A stretch of DNA of 64,000 nucleotides from Arcobacteraceae bacterium (lineage in GTDB: Bacteria > Campylobacterota > Campylobacteria > Campylobacterales > Arcobacteraceae), in NCBI GenBank assembly GCA_965224485.1, contig CBDCZH010000019.1:64001-128000 (forward strand). Direction: 5' to 3'. This document shows positions 30,097 to 40,674 of this stretch, in pieces. Position numbers and translations under genes: made by a program. The notes under the pieces were generated by a model. That model was not told where the DNA came from and searched no databases. It worked only from the letters and a program-made list of their open reading frames with translations. Numbering within the stretch: the first letter of the stretch is position 1; every line of letters begins with the position of its first letter.

Positions 30097-31443
30097 TTAG
30101 AATTTAAATAAACCTGTTTCATTTAAAATAACAATAACTAAAGCTAAAGGAATTACATATCTAATCATAAAAAACCAAACTTTTGTCATGAACTCACCTA
30201 ATAAAGGAATTAATTCTTCATTAATTTTATCTTTATCAATTGCATATCCAACAAAAACAACAGCCATAATTCCACCAATAGGAACAAGAATAGTTGAAGC
30301 TACAAAATCTAACCAATCAAAAAGTCCCTTATCTCCTACTTTTAAAACAGATGAGTATTCAGTAATATTTGACAATAAGGCAAGAATACCTAGTAAATAA
30401 AAGAAAATACTACAAATAATAGCAGCTTTAACTCTTGTATATTTAAATCTTGTAATTAAATATGAAACCATAGGTTCAAGCATAGAAATAGCCGAAGTAA
30501 TCCCAGCAAAAGCAATTGCTACGAAAAATGATATTGCTAAAAGTTTTCCAGCAGCGCCAAAATCATAAAAAACAGAAGGAAGTGAGATAAATACTAAACC
30601 AGCACCTTTTGTTGATTCTGCTCCTTTATCAAATAAAAGAGTAAAAATAATTAAACCAGCAACAATAGCAACTAAGGTATCAATTAGAGTAATTAATAAA
30701 GAAGAAGTAACAATATTAGTCTTTTTTGGTAAAGAGGCCGCATAAGTTAAGATAATTCCCATACCTAAAGATAGAGTATAAAAAGCTTGTCCAATTGCAA
30801 CAATAACTGCTGTTGATGATAATTTAGTAAAATCAGGATTGAACATAAAATAAACTGCTTTTCCAAAACTATCAACAGAAATAGAATAAACAAAAAGAAT
30901 TGTTAAAATAAAAGCCAATAAAGGCATAAGAATTTTATTGATTTTCTCAATTCCATCTTTCACACCTTTTAAAATAATTCCTGTAACTAATACAAAAACA
31001 ACAGTATGATAAAATAGTTGAGTTTTAACATCAGCTGTTAATAAGTGCATAAAAATATTTTTTGATTCTTCTACGCTTGAAGGAAGTGAGCTAAAAGAAA
31101 TTACAATATAATGAAGAATCCATCCAATTACAACTGAATAATAAGAAAGAATTATTAAGGGAACTACTATGATAAAACCAGCATATTTCCATATTTTTTT
31201 ATTCTTAAGTGCTAAACTTTCAAACATAGAAACAGCATCACTTCGACCTAATTTACCAATTAGAAGCTCAGCTATTAAAACAAAAAAACCAACAAATACA
31301 GCAGTTACTAAATAAACTAATACAAAAGCCCCACCACCATACTCACCTGTTACATAAGGAAACTTCCAAATATTTCCTAAACCAACAGCAGAACCAACTG
31401 CTGCTAAAATAAACCCAAACCTTGAGAATCTAATACTTTGCAT
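30097..31443 (-). CDS. Sodium-dependent transporter (NSS/SNF family)
   Basis: GSAVGLGNIWKFPY...GGGAF; QAFYTLSLG. Confidence 0.95.
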   Translation of the reverse strand: MQSIRFSRFGFILAAVGSAVGLGNIWKFPYVTGEYGGGAFVLVYLVTAVFVGFFVLIAELLIGKLGRSDAVSMFESLALKNKKIWKYAGFIIVVPLIILSYYSVVIGWILHYIVISFSSLPSSVEESKNIFMHLLTADVKTQLFYHTVVFVLVTGIILKGVKDGIEKINKILMPLLAFILTILFVYSISVDSFGKAVYFMFNPDFTKLSSTAVIVAIGQAFYTLSLGMGIILTYAASLPKKTNIVTSSLLITLIDTLVAIVAGLIIFTLLFDKGAESTKGAGLVFISLPSVFYDFGAAGKLLAISFFVAIAFAGITSAISMLEPMVSYLITRFKYTRVKAAIICSIFFYLLGILALLSNITEYSSVLKVGDKGLFDWLDFVASTILVPIGGIMAVVFVGYAIDKDKINEELIPLLGEFMTKVWFFMIRYVIPLALVIVILNETGLFKF

Positions 31444-31574
31444 TTAATACCTTATTAAAAAATTGCACAATAGTATCCAAATAATTATAACAAAATCTCA
31501 TAAGATATGTAAATTAAGCTCATTTAATTCATTATTTTTGATAAAGAAGGCTCTTTATCTTATAGAATTATTGT

Positions 31575-31793
31575 TTATTTATTTTTTCTCTTAGCCGCTT
31601 TTATTAACTTAGCTTTTCTTTTTGCTTTTATCTTCTTTTTCTCAACATTAACGCCTTTTCTGGCATTAACTACCTGTTTGTCTTCTACTTTTTGGAAAAA
31701 AGAAACTTTTTGGAAATTTTTATTTTGATTACTTTTAAAAGCAATTTGGTCACCCTTATCAGTGTCAACACTAGATGTATTTTTTCTACTCAT
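31575..31793 (-). CDS. Small basic hypothetical protein
   Basis: AAGGT RBS; Lys/Arg-rich C-terminus; 72 aa. Confidence 0.6.
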   Translation of the reverse strand: MSRKNTSSVDTDKGDQIAFKSNQNKNFQKVSFFQKVEDKQVVNARKGVNVEKKKIKAKRKAKLIKAAKRKNK

Positions 31794-31931
31794 TATTTAC
31801 CTTAATTTTATTTTTTTTATTATATTAAAAATTTGATAAAGAAAATATTACAGCAAAATACTAAATTGAAGAAATCGCTAATAACTTTTACCTCTATTAG
31901 GATAAAATAATTAAAATAAAGGATTTTAATA

Positions 31932-33665
31932 ATGAAAATACCTATAAGAATAACAGTAATGGGATTATTCTTACTAATTGCTGCAATAATTATGTCAATT
32001 ATGTTTTATATTCAAATAAATTTTAGCCAAGATTTAGCTAACAAGGCAATGAGAGAACAAGTGAAAATCACTTCTTACAAAGTAGAAGAAAATATTAAAA
32101 AAATAAATAGTCTTAGTAATTCTTTAATAACATCTACTCTTCCTTTTATTAAAGATATCAATGATGATGATTTTTTTAATAAAAAAGATAAGTATCTAAA
32201 GATTTTTTCTAGTATTTTACAAAATAATAATAATTTATACTCTGTATATATTGGCTTTAATGATAATAGATTTTATGAAATAATTAAATTAAATTCAAAT
32301 GAAAATTTAAAAAAACTTTATAATGCAAAAGAGAAAGATAGATGGTTACTTATTGAAATTAATAAAAATAAAGAAAAAACATTAAGTTTGTATAATGAAA
32401 ACTTTATATTAAGCTCACAAATAAAAGAAAAATCTTCTTTTATTGTAAAACAAAGACCTTGGTATAAGAAATCAATACAAGCTTCTAAAATAACAAAAGT
32501 TGGTCCTTATACTTTTTCAAATATTAAAGCTAATGGAATTACCTATTCTAAAAATATAAAAAATAATAATGTGTTTGCAGTAGATATTTTATTAACAAAC
32601 TTTTCTGATATTTTAAAAAATGATCATAAATTAGAGTCATATTTATTTGATATTAATCAAAATATTATTGCAAAATATTCAAAAAATGATTTAATTTTTA
32701 ATAAAATAATTAAAAGTCTAAATCTAAAAGATTTAAATAAAAACAATCAAAACATTATTTCAATAAACAAAAAAGACTATATTTATAATCTTAGTGAAAT
32801 TCATGGTTATGATAAAAAAGAGTATTTATTATCTTATGTTTTATTAGATGATATGATGGAAGTATATATTAATAAATTTGCAAATATGGATAAAATACTT
32901 ATTATATTATTTTTAATTTTTATTCCAATTCTATGGTATTTTGCATCAATTATAGTAAAACCTATTTTACTCTTAGTAAAAGAGAGTAAAAAAGTTCAAA
33001 ATAGGCAGTTTGATAAAATTCTTCCAATTAATAGTGTAGTTAATGAAGTTAGTTTATTATCAACGTCTATTGCAAGTATGGCAAACTCTATTCATGAGTA
33101 TCAAAGTGAATTAGAACAAAAAGTTATAATGAGAACAGAAGAGTTAGAGCTTAAAAACAAAGAATTAGAGATATTATCAATTACAGATAAACTTACAAAT
33201 ACTTATAATAGAATCAAACTAGATAGTACAATTGAAGAAAGAATGAAAGAATCAAATGAAAATAACGGTGCTTTTTGTATAATTATTATTGACATTGATT
33301 ATTTTAAAAAAGTAAATGATACTTATGGTCATTTAGTTGGAGATGTTACTCTAGTTGAATTTACTAAAATTTTAAAAAACAATCTAGAAGATGACAATAT
33401 TCTTGGAAGATGGGGAGGAGAAGAGTTTATTATAGTTTCTTCTTTCAATCTTAAAGAAACAATTATTTTAGCAAATAAATTAAGAGTAAAGATACAAGAA
33501 CATGATTTTCCTACAATTGGAAATAAAACAGCAAGTTTTGGAGTATCTATATATAAGAAAAATGAAACAGCTGAAGAGTTAATAAATAGAGCAGACGAAG
33601 CTTTATATATTGCAAAAGAAAAGGGAAGAAATAGAGTTGAAACAATAGAGAAAGAGATAGTTTAA
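31932..33665 (+). CDS. Cache/HAMP sensor diguanylate cyclase
   Basis: Two TM segments, RPWY Cache motif, DIDYFKKVND, RWGGEEF. Confidence 0.93.
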   Translation: MKIPIRITVMGLFLLIAAIIMSIMFYIQINFSQDLANKAMREQVKITSYKVEENIKKINSLSNSLITSTLPFIKDINDDDFFNKKDKYLKIFSSILQNNNNLYSVYIGFNDNRFYEIIKLNSNENLKKLYNAKEKDRWLLIEINKNKEKTLSLYNENFILSSQIKEKSSFIVKQRPWYKKSIQASKITKVGPYTFSNIKANGITYSKNIKNNNVFAVDILLTNFSDILKNDHKLESYLFDINQNIIAKYSKNDLIFNKIIKSLNLKDLNKNNQNIISINKKDYIYNLSEIHGYDKKEYLLSYVLLDDMMEVYINKFANMDKILIILFLIFIPILWYFASIIVKPILLLVKESKKVQNRQFDKILPINSVVNEVSLLSTSIASMANSIHEYQSELEQKVIMRTEELELKNKELEILSITDKLTNTYNRIKLDSTIEERMKESNENNGAFCIIIIDIDYFKKVNDTYGHLVGDVTLVEFTKILKNNLEDDNILGRWGGEEFIIVSSFNLKETIILANKLRVKIQEHDFPTIGNKTASFGVSIYKKNETAEELINRADEALYIAKEKGRNRVETIEKEIV

Positions 33666-33689
33666 ATATTCAAAAAAATAGATTACGAA

Positions 33690-33721
33690 TAAGTCCTAAG
33701 AATAAAAATTCTTAGGACTTA
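33690..33721. terminator. Bidirectional terminator
   Basis: taagtcctaagaat-aaaa-attcttaggactta, a 14-bp perfect stem between convergent genes. Confidence 0.8.
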
Positions 33722-33723
33722 AA

Positions 33724-34935
33724 CTATTTTTGATCACAAATTGCTGTAAAAATAACATCAGTTGATGAATTTAAAGCCGTTTCAAGCGAATCTTGAACAA
33801 CACCAATTATAAACCCAATTGCAACAACTTGCATAGCCACATCATTTGAAATACCAAATAAACTACAAGCTAAAGGTATTAATAATAATGATCCTCCCGC
33901 AACACCAGAAGCCCCACAAGCAGCAAGTGCAGAAATAATACTTAATAACAAAGCAGTTCCAATATCAACTTGAATTCCTAAAGTATTTACAGTTGCTAGT
34001 GTTAAAACTGTAATAGTAACAGCAGCCCCCGCCATATTTGTAGTAGCTCCTAAAGGAATTGAAACAGAATAAGTATCTTCATGAAGTCCTAACTTTTTAC
34101 AAAGGTTCATATTAACAGGAATATTTGCAGCTGATGATCTTGTAAAAAATGCAGTTATCCCACTCTCTTTAATACAAGTAAAAACTAGTGGAAAAGGATT
34201 TTTTCTTATTTTTATATAAACAATAATAGGATTTATTACAAAAGCAATAAATAACATTGTTCCAACTAAAACAACTAAAAGCTTACTGTAAGATAATAAA
34301 GAATCAAAACCAGTTTGCGCAAATGTACTTGCAACTAAACCAAAAATACCAAAAGGAGCAAGTCTTATTATAAACTTAACAATTTTAGTAATACCATTTG
34401 AAACATCAAAGAAAACATTTTTTGTCTCTTTTGAACTATAATGCATAGCAATTCCAATAGCAATAGCCCAAACTAAAATACCAATAAAGTTACCTGTTAC
34501 TAAAGCATTCACTGGATTATCAACCATTTTAAATAAAACATCTCTTAAAACATCAACAACAGATTCAGGGGGAGTTAAATTAGCAGTAGCACTAGCAGCA
34601 TCCATTAAAACTAAAGAAACTGGAAAAATTGTACTTACAACAACAGCAGTTAAAGCAGCTAAAAATGTTCCTATTAAATATAGTTTAATAATAGGTTTTA
34701 TATTTGTTTGTGCTCCAATTTCTTTAGTAGCAATTGCAGTTGCAACTAAAACAAATACTAAAATGGGAGCAATAGCTTTTAAAGCTCCAACAAAAAGTGT
34801 TCCTAGGATTGAAACAGCTTCCGCCGCTTCTTTTGAAATACTTGCAACTAAAACTCCAAGTACTATTCCTGTAAAAATCTGAATAATTAAATTTCCATTT
34901 AAAAATTTAGAAAACAAAGTAGAATTTTCTTTCAT
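33724..34935 (-). CDS. sstT: Serine/threonine:Na+ symporter
   Basis: [50 protein letters not shown]. Confidence 0.93.
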   Translation of the reverse strand: MKENSTLFSKFLNGNLIIQIFTGIVLGVLVASISKEAAEAVSILGTLFVGALKAIAPILVFVLVATAIATKEIGAQTNIKPIIKLYLIGTFLAALTAVVVSTIFPVSLVLMDAASATANLTPPESVVDVLRDVLFKMVDNPVNALVTGNFIGILVWAIAIGIAMHYSSKETKNVFFDVSNGITKIVKFIIRLAPFGIFGLVASTFAQTGFDSLLSYSKLLVVLVGTMLFIAFVINPIIVYIKIRKNPFPLVFTCIKESGITAFFTRSSAANIPVNMNLCKKLGLHEDTYSVSIPLGATTNMAGAAVTITVLTLATVNTLGIQVDIGTALLLSIISALAACGASGVAGGSLLLIPLACSLFGISNDVAMQVVAIGFIIGVVQDSLETALNSSTDVIFTAICDQK

Positions 34936-35191
34936 ATTTTTCCTATACTATTTAAAATTTATTTAAATTTTAAAGCAACTCTTGTTAAACTTAAGAGTAT
35001 TTAATTTAAACGCATGATTTTATCAAAATTAATATATAAAAAAACTAAGATGAAGGAAAAAAAGTTTTTTTTCTATTCCTGAGTAATTTTATATGGATTA
35101 TATCTCTGATGCTTTATAAAAAAAATTGATTAATCTTATAAGTTTTAATTAATTCTTTTTTTAGTAGTATTTCGGAAATTAAAGGACATAA

Positions 35192-35968
35192 ATGAAAAAA
35201 CTATCACTTATATTACTTCTATTATTATCAGTATTCTTTACAGCTTGTTTTGATAATAAAGAAAGTAAAGTAAAAGAATCAAGTATATTAAAAATTGGAA
35301 CATCTGGAGCTTATTATCCTTTTACTTTCTATGAAAATGATAAATTACAAGGTTTTGAAATTGATGTATGGAATGAAATAGGTAAAAAACTATCTATGGA
35401 AATTGAATTTAAGACTTCAAAATTTTCTGGTTTATTTGGAATGTTAGAAACAAAAAAGATTAATACTATCTCAAATCAAGTAACAATGACAAAACAAAGA
35501 TTAGAAAAATATTATTTTACTGAAGCTTATGTATTTGATGGTGCTCAAATAGTTGTGCATAAAGATACAAATAATATTTCATCTTTAGAAGATTTAAAAG
35601 GCAAGAAAGTTGGAGTATCTTTAGGAACTAATTATGCAAAAATTGTAAAAAAGTTTGATACAGATGAAAAAATAGAGATAATCACTTATGATGGTGGTGG
35701 TTTTGAACAAGATGTAGTACTAAAAAGAATTGATGCTTTTGTACAAGATAGAGTATCTTCTGTTGAATTAATTAAAAAAGCAAATTTACCATTAAAACTT
35801 GTAGGAGAACCTATTGTAGTAATTAAAAATTCTTTTCCTTTTTTAAAAAATGAAGAAAATAAGAAATTAATAAGTAAAATTAACTCAGCACTTCTTTCTT
35901 TAAAAAAAGAAGGTATCTTAAAAAACATTTCTATGAAATGGTTTAATACAGATATTACAATAAAATAA
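35192..35968 (+). CDS. Polar amino-acid ABC transporter substrate-binding lipoprotein
   Basis: Lipobox FTAC; GTSGAYYPF; GFEID; DLKGKKVGV. Confidence 0.9.
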   Translation: MKKLSLILLLLLSVFFTACFDNKESKVKESSILKIGTSGAYYPFTFYENDKLQGFEIDVWNEIGKKLSMEIEFKTSKFSGLFGMLETKKINTISNQVTMTKQRLEKYYFTEAYVFDGAQIVVHKDTNNISSLEDLKGKKVGVSLGTNYAKIVKKFDTDEKIEIITYDGGGFEQDVVLKRIDAFVQDRVSSVELIKKANLPLKLVGEPIVVIKNSFPFLKNEENKKLISKINSALLSLKKEGILKNISMKWFNTDITIK

Positions 35969-36637
35969 ATGTCTACTTTTGATATAGATTATACCTTAGG
36001 ACTTTTTCCTATTTTATTAAAATATATACATATTACACTAAGCTTGGCTGTTATTGCAACAGCCATAGCCTTACTTATTGCTATAATAATAGCTGTGATT
36101 AAAACATATAATATAAGAATATTATCTCAAATATCTGATTTATACGTTTCTTTTTTACGAGGAACTCCACTTTTAGTACAACTATTTTTATTATATTTTG
36201 GACTACCTCAAGTATTTCCAATTTTTGCTTCTATGGATGCTTATACCGCTAGTTTAATTGGTTTAGCCTTACATTTTTCAGCCTATATGGCAGAATCACT
36301 AAGAGGGGCTATTAAAAGTATTGAAACAGGACAGTTTGAAGCTGCTTATTCTTTAGGTATGAATAAAACACAAACATTCTTTTATGTTATTTTTCCTCAA
36401 GCCTTTAGAGTTGCAACTCCTAGTTTGATGAATAATTTTATTGATTTATTAAAAAGTACTTCTCTAGCTTTTACCCTAGGTGTTCCAGAGATTATGGCAA
36501 AAGCACAAGTAGAAGCATCAAGTTCTTTTAAATATTTTGAATCATTTTTAGCAGTAGCTTTAGTATATTGGGTACTCGTATTGAGTTTTACATTTTTACA
36601 AAAAAAACTAGAAAAAAAATTAAATAAAGCCTATTAA
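35969..36637 (+). CDS. Polar amino-acid ABC transporter permease
   Basis: RGTPLLVQLF; AYMAE; GQFEAA.SLG; KSTSLA. Confidence 0.93.
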   Translation: MSTFDIDYTLGLFPILLKYIHITLSLAVIATAIALLIAIIIAVIKTYNIRILSQISDLYVSFLRGTPLLVQLFLLYFGLPQVFPIFASMDAYTASLIGLALHFSAYMAESLRGAIKSIETGQFEAAYSLGMNKTQTFFYVIFPQAFRVATPSLMNNFIDLLKSTSLAFTLGVPEIMAKAQVEASSSFKYFESFLAVALVYWVLVLSFTFLQKKLEKKLNKAY

Positions 36638-36669
36638 TTGAATGGGCGTAATTTTATAATTTCAATTAG

Positions 36670-36897
36670 CTATCTTATATTTTTAATTATTTCACTTATT
36701 TCATTTTTATTGGGAAAACGTAAAAGTTCTGCTTTCGTAAAAATTTCTTTTTTGTTTAAAAAAACTTTAAAAATTCCATTTGAACCTTTAATAAGTTCAA
36801 TTTTTATATCTTCAAAATCACCTTTTAATTCTTCTTCTAACCTAGAAGCTTCTGGTAAATAGTTTCAAACACCACAATAATATATTTGTATATTCAT
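36670..36897 (-). CDS. Rdx-family (SelT/SelW/SelH) selenoprotein, 75 aa, CxxU motif with in-frame TGA at 36865-36867
   Basis: MNIQIYYCGVUNYLPEASRLEEELKGDFEDIKIELIKGSNGIFKVFLNKKEIFTKAELLRFPNKNEISEIIKNIR. Has I.YC..U, G..G.F.V and RFP family motifs, an AAGGA RBS and a downstream hairpin. Confidence 0.88.
36834..36848 (-). promoter_or_regulatory. Putative bacterial SECIS upper stem-loop
   Basis: CUUCUA-GGU-UAGAAG begins 16 nt after the UGA, with the GGU loop 22 nt downstream; similar to the GGU-containing loop of known bacterial SECIS elements. Confidence 0.65.
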
Positions 36898-36898
36898 T

Positions 36899-37306
36899 CT
36901 AATCCTTAGTTTTTTTTAAAAATTCACTTACTAGTTCTTTTATTTTTATTATATCACTTTTAGAAATCATAAAATGTGCATCAAGAGAAGAAGTGGATAA
37001 ATCACCCAATACAATATGGTCATCTTTATTTTTAAAAAGTTTAATTTTAGAACCAGATATTCCCCCAATTGATATTTTTAAAGAAGTAGAAGGAAGTTTT
37101 TTTAAGTACCTAGAACCACGAGAAAAACCTATATAAACCCTAGCATCAGGAATTTTATTTCCTTCTAAGTTTTTATGTTCAGATTCAATTATTTCATAAT
37201 CATATATTTTAATAAGATTTAAAATACAAAGATTCATTTTTTCATGCTGTTGTGCAGTTCCTGAATTAGGATTACCTTTAATATAAACAATATCATAACA
37301 AGTCAT
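36899..37306 (-). CDS. Hypothetical protein with a GFSRG nucleophile-elbow-like motif (minimal alpha/beta-hydrolase-like)
   Basis: YIGFSRGS...D.H; 135 aa; ends 1 nt before the selenoprotein start. Confidence 0.65.
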   Translation of the reverse strand: MTCYDIVYIKGNPNSGTAQQHEKMNLCILNLIKIYDYEIIESEHKNLEGNKIPDARVYIGFSRGSRYLKKLPSTSLKISIGGISGSKIKLFKNKDDHIVLGDLSTSSLDAHFMISKSDIIKIKELVSEFLKKTKD

Positions 37307-37509
37307 ATAAACTCTCTTTTAGTAAATTATTAAAATAATTATAGAAAATAATATAATAAAGAATGCTTAAATACTTATATTATTAAGCATAATTTTATAA
37401 TAAATCAACTAAACTTCAAATAAAATTTAGGCTTAAGGTTTAAGCTGAACATAAGATGATTCCATCCTTCCTTATGCTTCATAATAAAATTATTATAGGA
37501 GTGTTTTTC

Positions 37510-38328
37510 ATGAAAAAACTATTATTTACAACATTATTTACTGTCTTAAGTCTAGGTGCCCAAGCAAACTCATTAGATCTATTTTCTAATATTAAAGGTG
37601 AATTAAACATCGCTGGGGGAACTGCTCATATTAAATGTGAGAAAGAAGCTATAAAAAATATAATGAGAAAATATCCTGATATTTCTATAAGTATAGCAGG
37701 TGGTGGAAGTGGTCTTGGAATTAAACAAGTTAGCTCAAAACTAATACATTTAGCAAACTCAGGAAGAAAACCAAGTAAACAAGAAATTAAAAAAGGTAAT
37801 TTAAAATTATATAGATTTGCTGTTGATGGTATTGGAATTATTGTTAATGCAAAAAGTCCATTAACTAATCTTAATACAAAACAACTTCAAGATATTTTTT
37901 CTGCAAAGATTAATAATTTCAAAGATTTAGGATTTAAAAATAATCCAATTAATTTATATACAAGAGATGAATCAAGTGCAACCAGAAAAGTATTTTGGAA
38001 AAAAGCTTTAAAAAAATCACTTATTTCAAAAACAGCTAGAGTTGTTTCATCAAATGCTGCAATGAAAACTGCAATTGCTAATGATATCAATGCTATTGGA
38101 ATTATTTCTTTAGGCTTATTAAGCAAAGAAGTTAAAGCCTTAAGTATTAATAATATTTCACCAAGTTTAGAAAATATTAATAACTTTTCTTATCAAGTTG
38201 CAAGAGGACTTTATTTACTAAGTAATGATGAGCCAAAACCTTTAGCTAAAGCTTTTATTTCATATATGAGAAGTAAAGAAGGTGCCAAAATAGTTCAAAA
38301 ACACGGATTTATTGCTGTAAATGAATAA
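37510..38328 (+). CDS. PstS-like (PBP_like_2) ABC substrate-binding protein
   Basis: ATG at 37510 after AGGAG; signal peptide; GGGSG.GI; AVDGI.IIVN; RDESSAT; R.LYL. Confidence 0.85.
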   Translation: MKKLLFTTLFTVLSLGAQANSLDLFSNIKGELNIAGGTAHIKCEKEAIKNIMRKYPDISISIAGGGSGLGIKQVSSKLIHLANSGRKPSKQEIKKGNLKLYRFAVDGIGIIVNAKSPLTNLNTKQLQDIFSAKINNFKDLGFKNNPINLYTRDESSATRKVFWKKALKKSLISKTARVVSSNAAMKTAIANDINAIGIISLGLLSKEVKALSINNISPSLENINNFSYQVARGLYLLSNDEPKPLAKAFISYMRSKEGAKIVQKHGFIAVNE

Positions 38329-39163
38329 ACTCTTTTCTATAGTACTACTAATTATTACTTTTATTTGTAGTACTATGGTATTGTTTTTATTTTCTTATTT
38401 AACTTATTTATGTTTTGATTTATTTAATATAGAAGAGATAAAAGGTTTTTTTACCTTATCTTGGTATGTTCAAGAAAATGAATATGGAATACTTACAATG
38501 TTATTTTCATCACTACTTATAAGTTTTTTAGCCTTAGTTTTAGGTTTTCTTTTCTCTTTTAGCCTTGCTGGTATAATATTTTTAAGTAATAATAAAATTA
38601 TAAAGTTTTTTTTAGAAAAAAGTGTTTTATTAATGGCCGCAGTTCCAACTGTAATATATGCCTTTGCAGCTTTATTTACCCTTGTTCCTTTTATAAGCAC
38701 CAAGATTAACCCCTCTTCTACTTTAAGTATTTTAGTAGCTTTCTTAGTATTAAGTTTATTATTAGTTCCTACAATGACAGTGATTTTTTTAAATATTTTT
38801 TATTCTTTATCTAATAAATATAAAAAAACTTGTCTTAATTTAGGACTAAATAAAGATGATTTCTTCTTTAAATTTATTTTAAAAAATTCTTACAATGATT
38901 TAAGTATAGGAGTTATTTTAGCCCTTGCTAGAGCTTTAGGAGATACTATGATAGTTTTAATGCTTGCAGGAAATGCTTTAAGTTTTCCTACTTCAGTATT
39001 TGATTCAGCAAGAAGTTTAACCTCCCATATAGCTTTGATTTTTGCAAATGATTATGATTCTCTTGCTTTTAAAGCTATATTCTTTTGTGCATTTTTACTT
39101 ATAAGCTCAAACTTTATACTTATATTTATCATTAAATATATAAAAAGAAAAAAATATGAATAA
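38321..39163 (+). CDS. PstC-like ABC permease
   Basis: MAAVPTVIY; ARALGDTMIVLMLAGN; SLTSHIAL. Confidence 0.85.
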   Translation: MNKLFSIVLLIITFICSTMVLFLFSYLTYLCFDLFNIEEIKGFFTLSWYVQENEYGILTMLFSSLLISFLALVLGFLFSFSLAGIIFLSNNKIIKFFLEKSVLLMAAVPTVIYAFAALFTLVPFISTKINPSSTLSILVAFLVLSLLLVPTMTVIFLNIFYSLSNKYKKTCLNLGLNKDDFFFKFILKNSYNDLSIGVILALARALGDTMIVLMLAGNALSFPTSVFDSARSLTSHIALIFANDYDSLAFKAIFFCAFLLISSNFILIFIIKYIKRKKYE

Positions 39164-40025
39164 AACATATATATTTTATAAAATAGTATTTGCAGTTTTT
39201 GCTTTCTTATGTATGTTTTTAGTATATCTTCTCTTAGGTTTTGTTCTTTATAGAGGGTTTGGCTCTATTTCTTTAGATCTTATTTTCTCAGATACAAATA
39301 TTATAGATGCTCTGTTATTTAAACAAAGAGTTTTTGATGGACTTTTTCCTGCAATAATTGGTACCTTGATGTTAATTAGTCTTTCTTTGTTTTTTGCCTT
39401 AATTCTAGGTTTTGCGGCTGGAATATACTTAAGTATTTATGCCCAAGGTTTTATAAAAGATTTTTTAAACAGCTGTTTTGAGTTATTAGCTAGTGTACCT
39501 TCTATCTTAATTGGTTTATTTTTTTTATTAGTAAGTATATATTTACATAATACTTATTTTGAAAACTTTTTACCTTCTTTGCTCTTATCTAGTTTAGCTC
39601 TAGCTTTATTAATACTTCCATATATTATAAAAAATACACAATATTCACTTGACCAAATTCCTTCAAAAATAAGAAATACTGCTTTGCATTTAGGACTTAG
39701 TCAAGTGCAAAATCTTTTTCATGTTCTTTTACCCTATGCAAGTAAAGAGCTTTTAAGTGGTGTGTTTTTAGCCCTAGGAAGAGCTTGTGAAGATACAGCT
39801 GTTATTATGTTAACAGGAGCAGTTGCTAGTGCTGGAATTGCTAATAGTATATTCTCAAAATATGAAGCCTTACCTTTTTATATTTATTATGTTTCAAGTA
39901 CTTATAGCGATGAAAAAGAGTTAAATTCAGCTTTTGCAGCTTCCTTGATATTATTACTAATTGCTATTTCCTTATTTATAATAAGTAAATTTATACAAAA
40001 AAGAATCAGGAGTACTTATGTTTAA
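39156..40025 (+). CDS. PstA-like ABC permease
   Basis: GLFPAIIGT; LASVPSI; GRACEDTAVIMLTG. Confidence 0.85.
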   Translation: MNKTYIFYKIVFAVFAFLCMFLVYLLLGFVLYRGFGSISLDLIFSDTNIIDALLFKQRVFDGLFPAIIGTLMLISLSLFFALILGFAAGIYLSIYAQGFIKDFLNSCFELLASVPSILIGLFFLLVSIYLHNTYFENFLPSLLLSSLALALLILPYIIKNTQYSLDQIPSKIRNTALHLGLSQVQNLFHVLLPYASKELLSGVFLALGRACEDTAVIMLTGAVASAGIANSIFSKYEALPFYIYYVSSTYSDEKELNSAFAASLILLLIAISLFIISKFIQKRIRSTYV

Positions 40026-40674
40026 AATTAAAAACTTATCTTTAGGTTTCAAAGATAAAAACATCTTTAAAAATATTAATATGCATATAAAAGAAAATGA
40101 AATAAGTGCAATAATTGGACCAAGTGGTATTGGCAAAAGTTCTTTTTTACTTTGTTTAAACCAAATGATTAGATATGAAAAAACATATGATTTAAGTGGT
40201 GAGATTTTATATAAACATAATAATACTTATATAAACTTATTACAATTAAGTGAAAATGATTTAAGCTTTTATAGAAAACAGATAGTTTATGTTTCTCAAA
40301 ATCCTGATCTTTTACCTATGAGTATTTATAATAATTTACTTTTTATTGCAAAAATACATAAAATTAAAGATTACGAAAAGAAAATAATTTCTTCATTAAA
40401 ACAAGTATATTTATATGAAGAAATTAAACATCGACTAGATATAAGTGCAACTAGTCTCTCAGGAGGACAACAACAACGTTTAATTCTAGCACGTGCCTTA
40501 TTACTAAATCCAAAAGTTCTTCTATTAGATGAACCAACAGCTTCACTAAATGAAGACTTAGGTTTAAAAATTGACTCTATGTTAAAGAATGAAAATAAAA
40601 CAATAGTTATTATTTCTCACTTTAAAAAGCAAATTAAAAACTTAAGTACTAATATCTTTAAGTTGAATACTTAG
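40018..40674 (+). CDS. PstB-like ABC ATPase
   Basis: GPSGIGKS; LSGGQQQRL; LLLDEPT; SH. Confidence 0.88.
   Translation: MFKIKNLSLGFKDKNIFKNINMHIKENEISAIIGPSGIGKSSFLLCLNQMIRYEKTYDLSGEILYKHNNTYINLLQLSENDLSFYRKQIVYVSQNPDLLPMSIYNNLLFIAKIHKIKDYEKKIISSLKQVYLYEEIKHRLDISATSLSGGQQQRLILARALLLNPKVLLLDEPTASLNEDLGLKIDSMLKNENKTIVIISHFKKQIKNLSTNIFKLNT

Noticed and set aside
36638..36862. 74-aa + strand ORF
   Set aside because: Antisense shadow of the selenoprotein gene; no RBS or recognisable motif.
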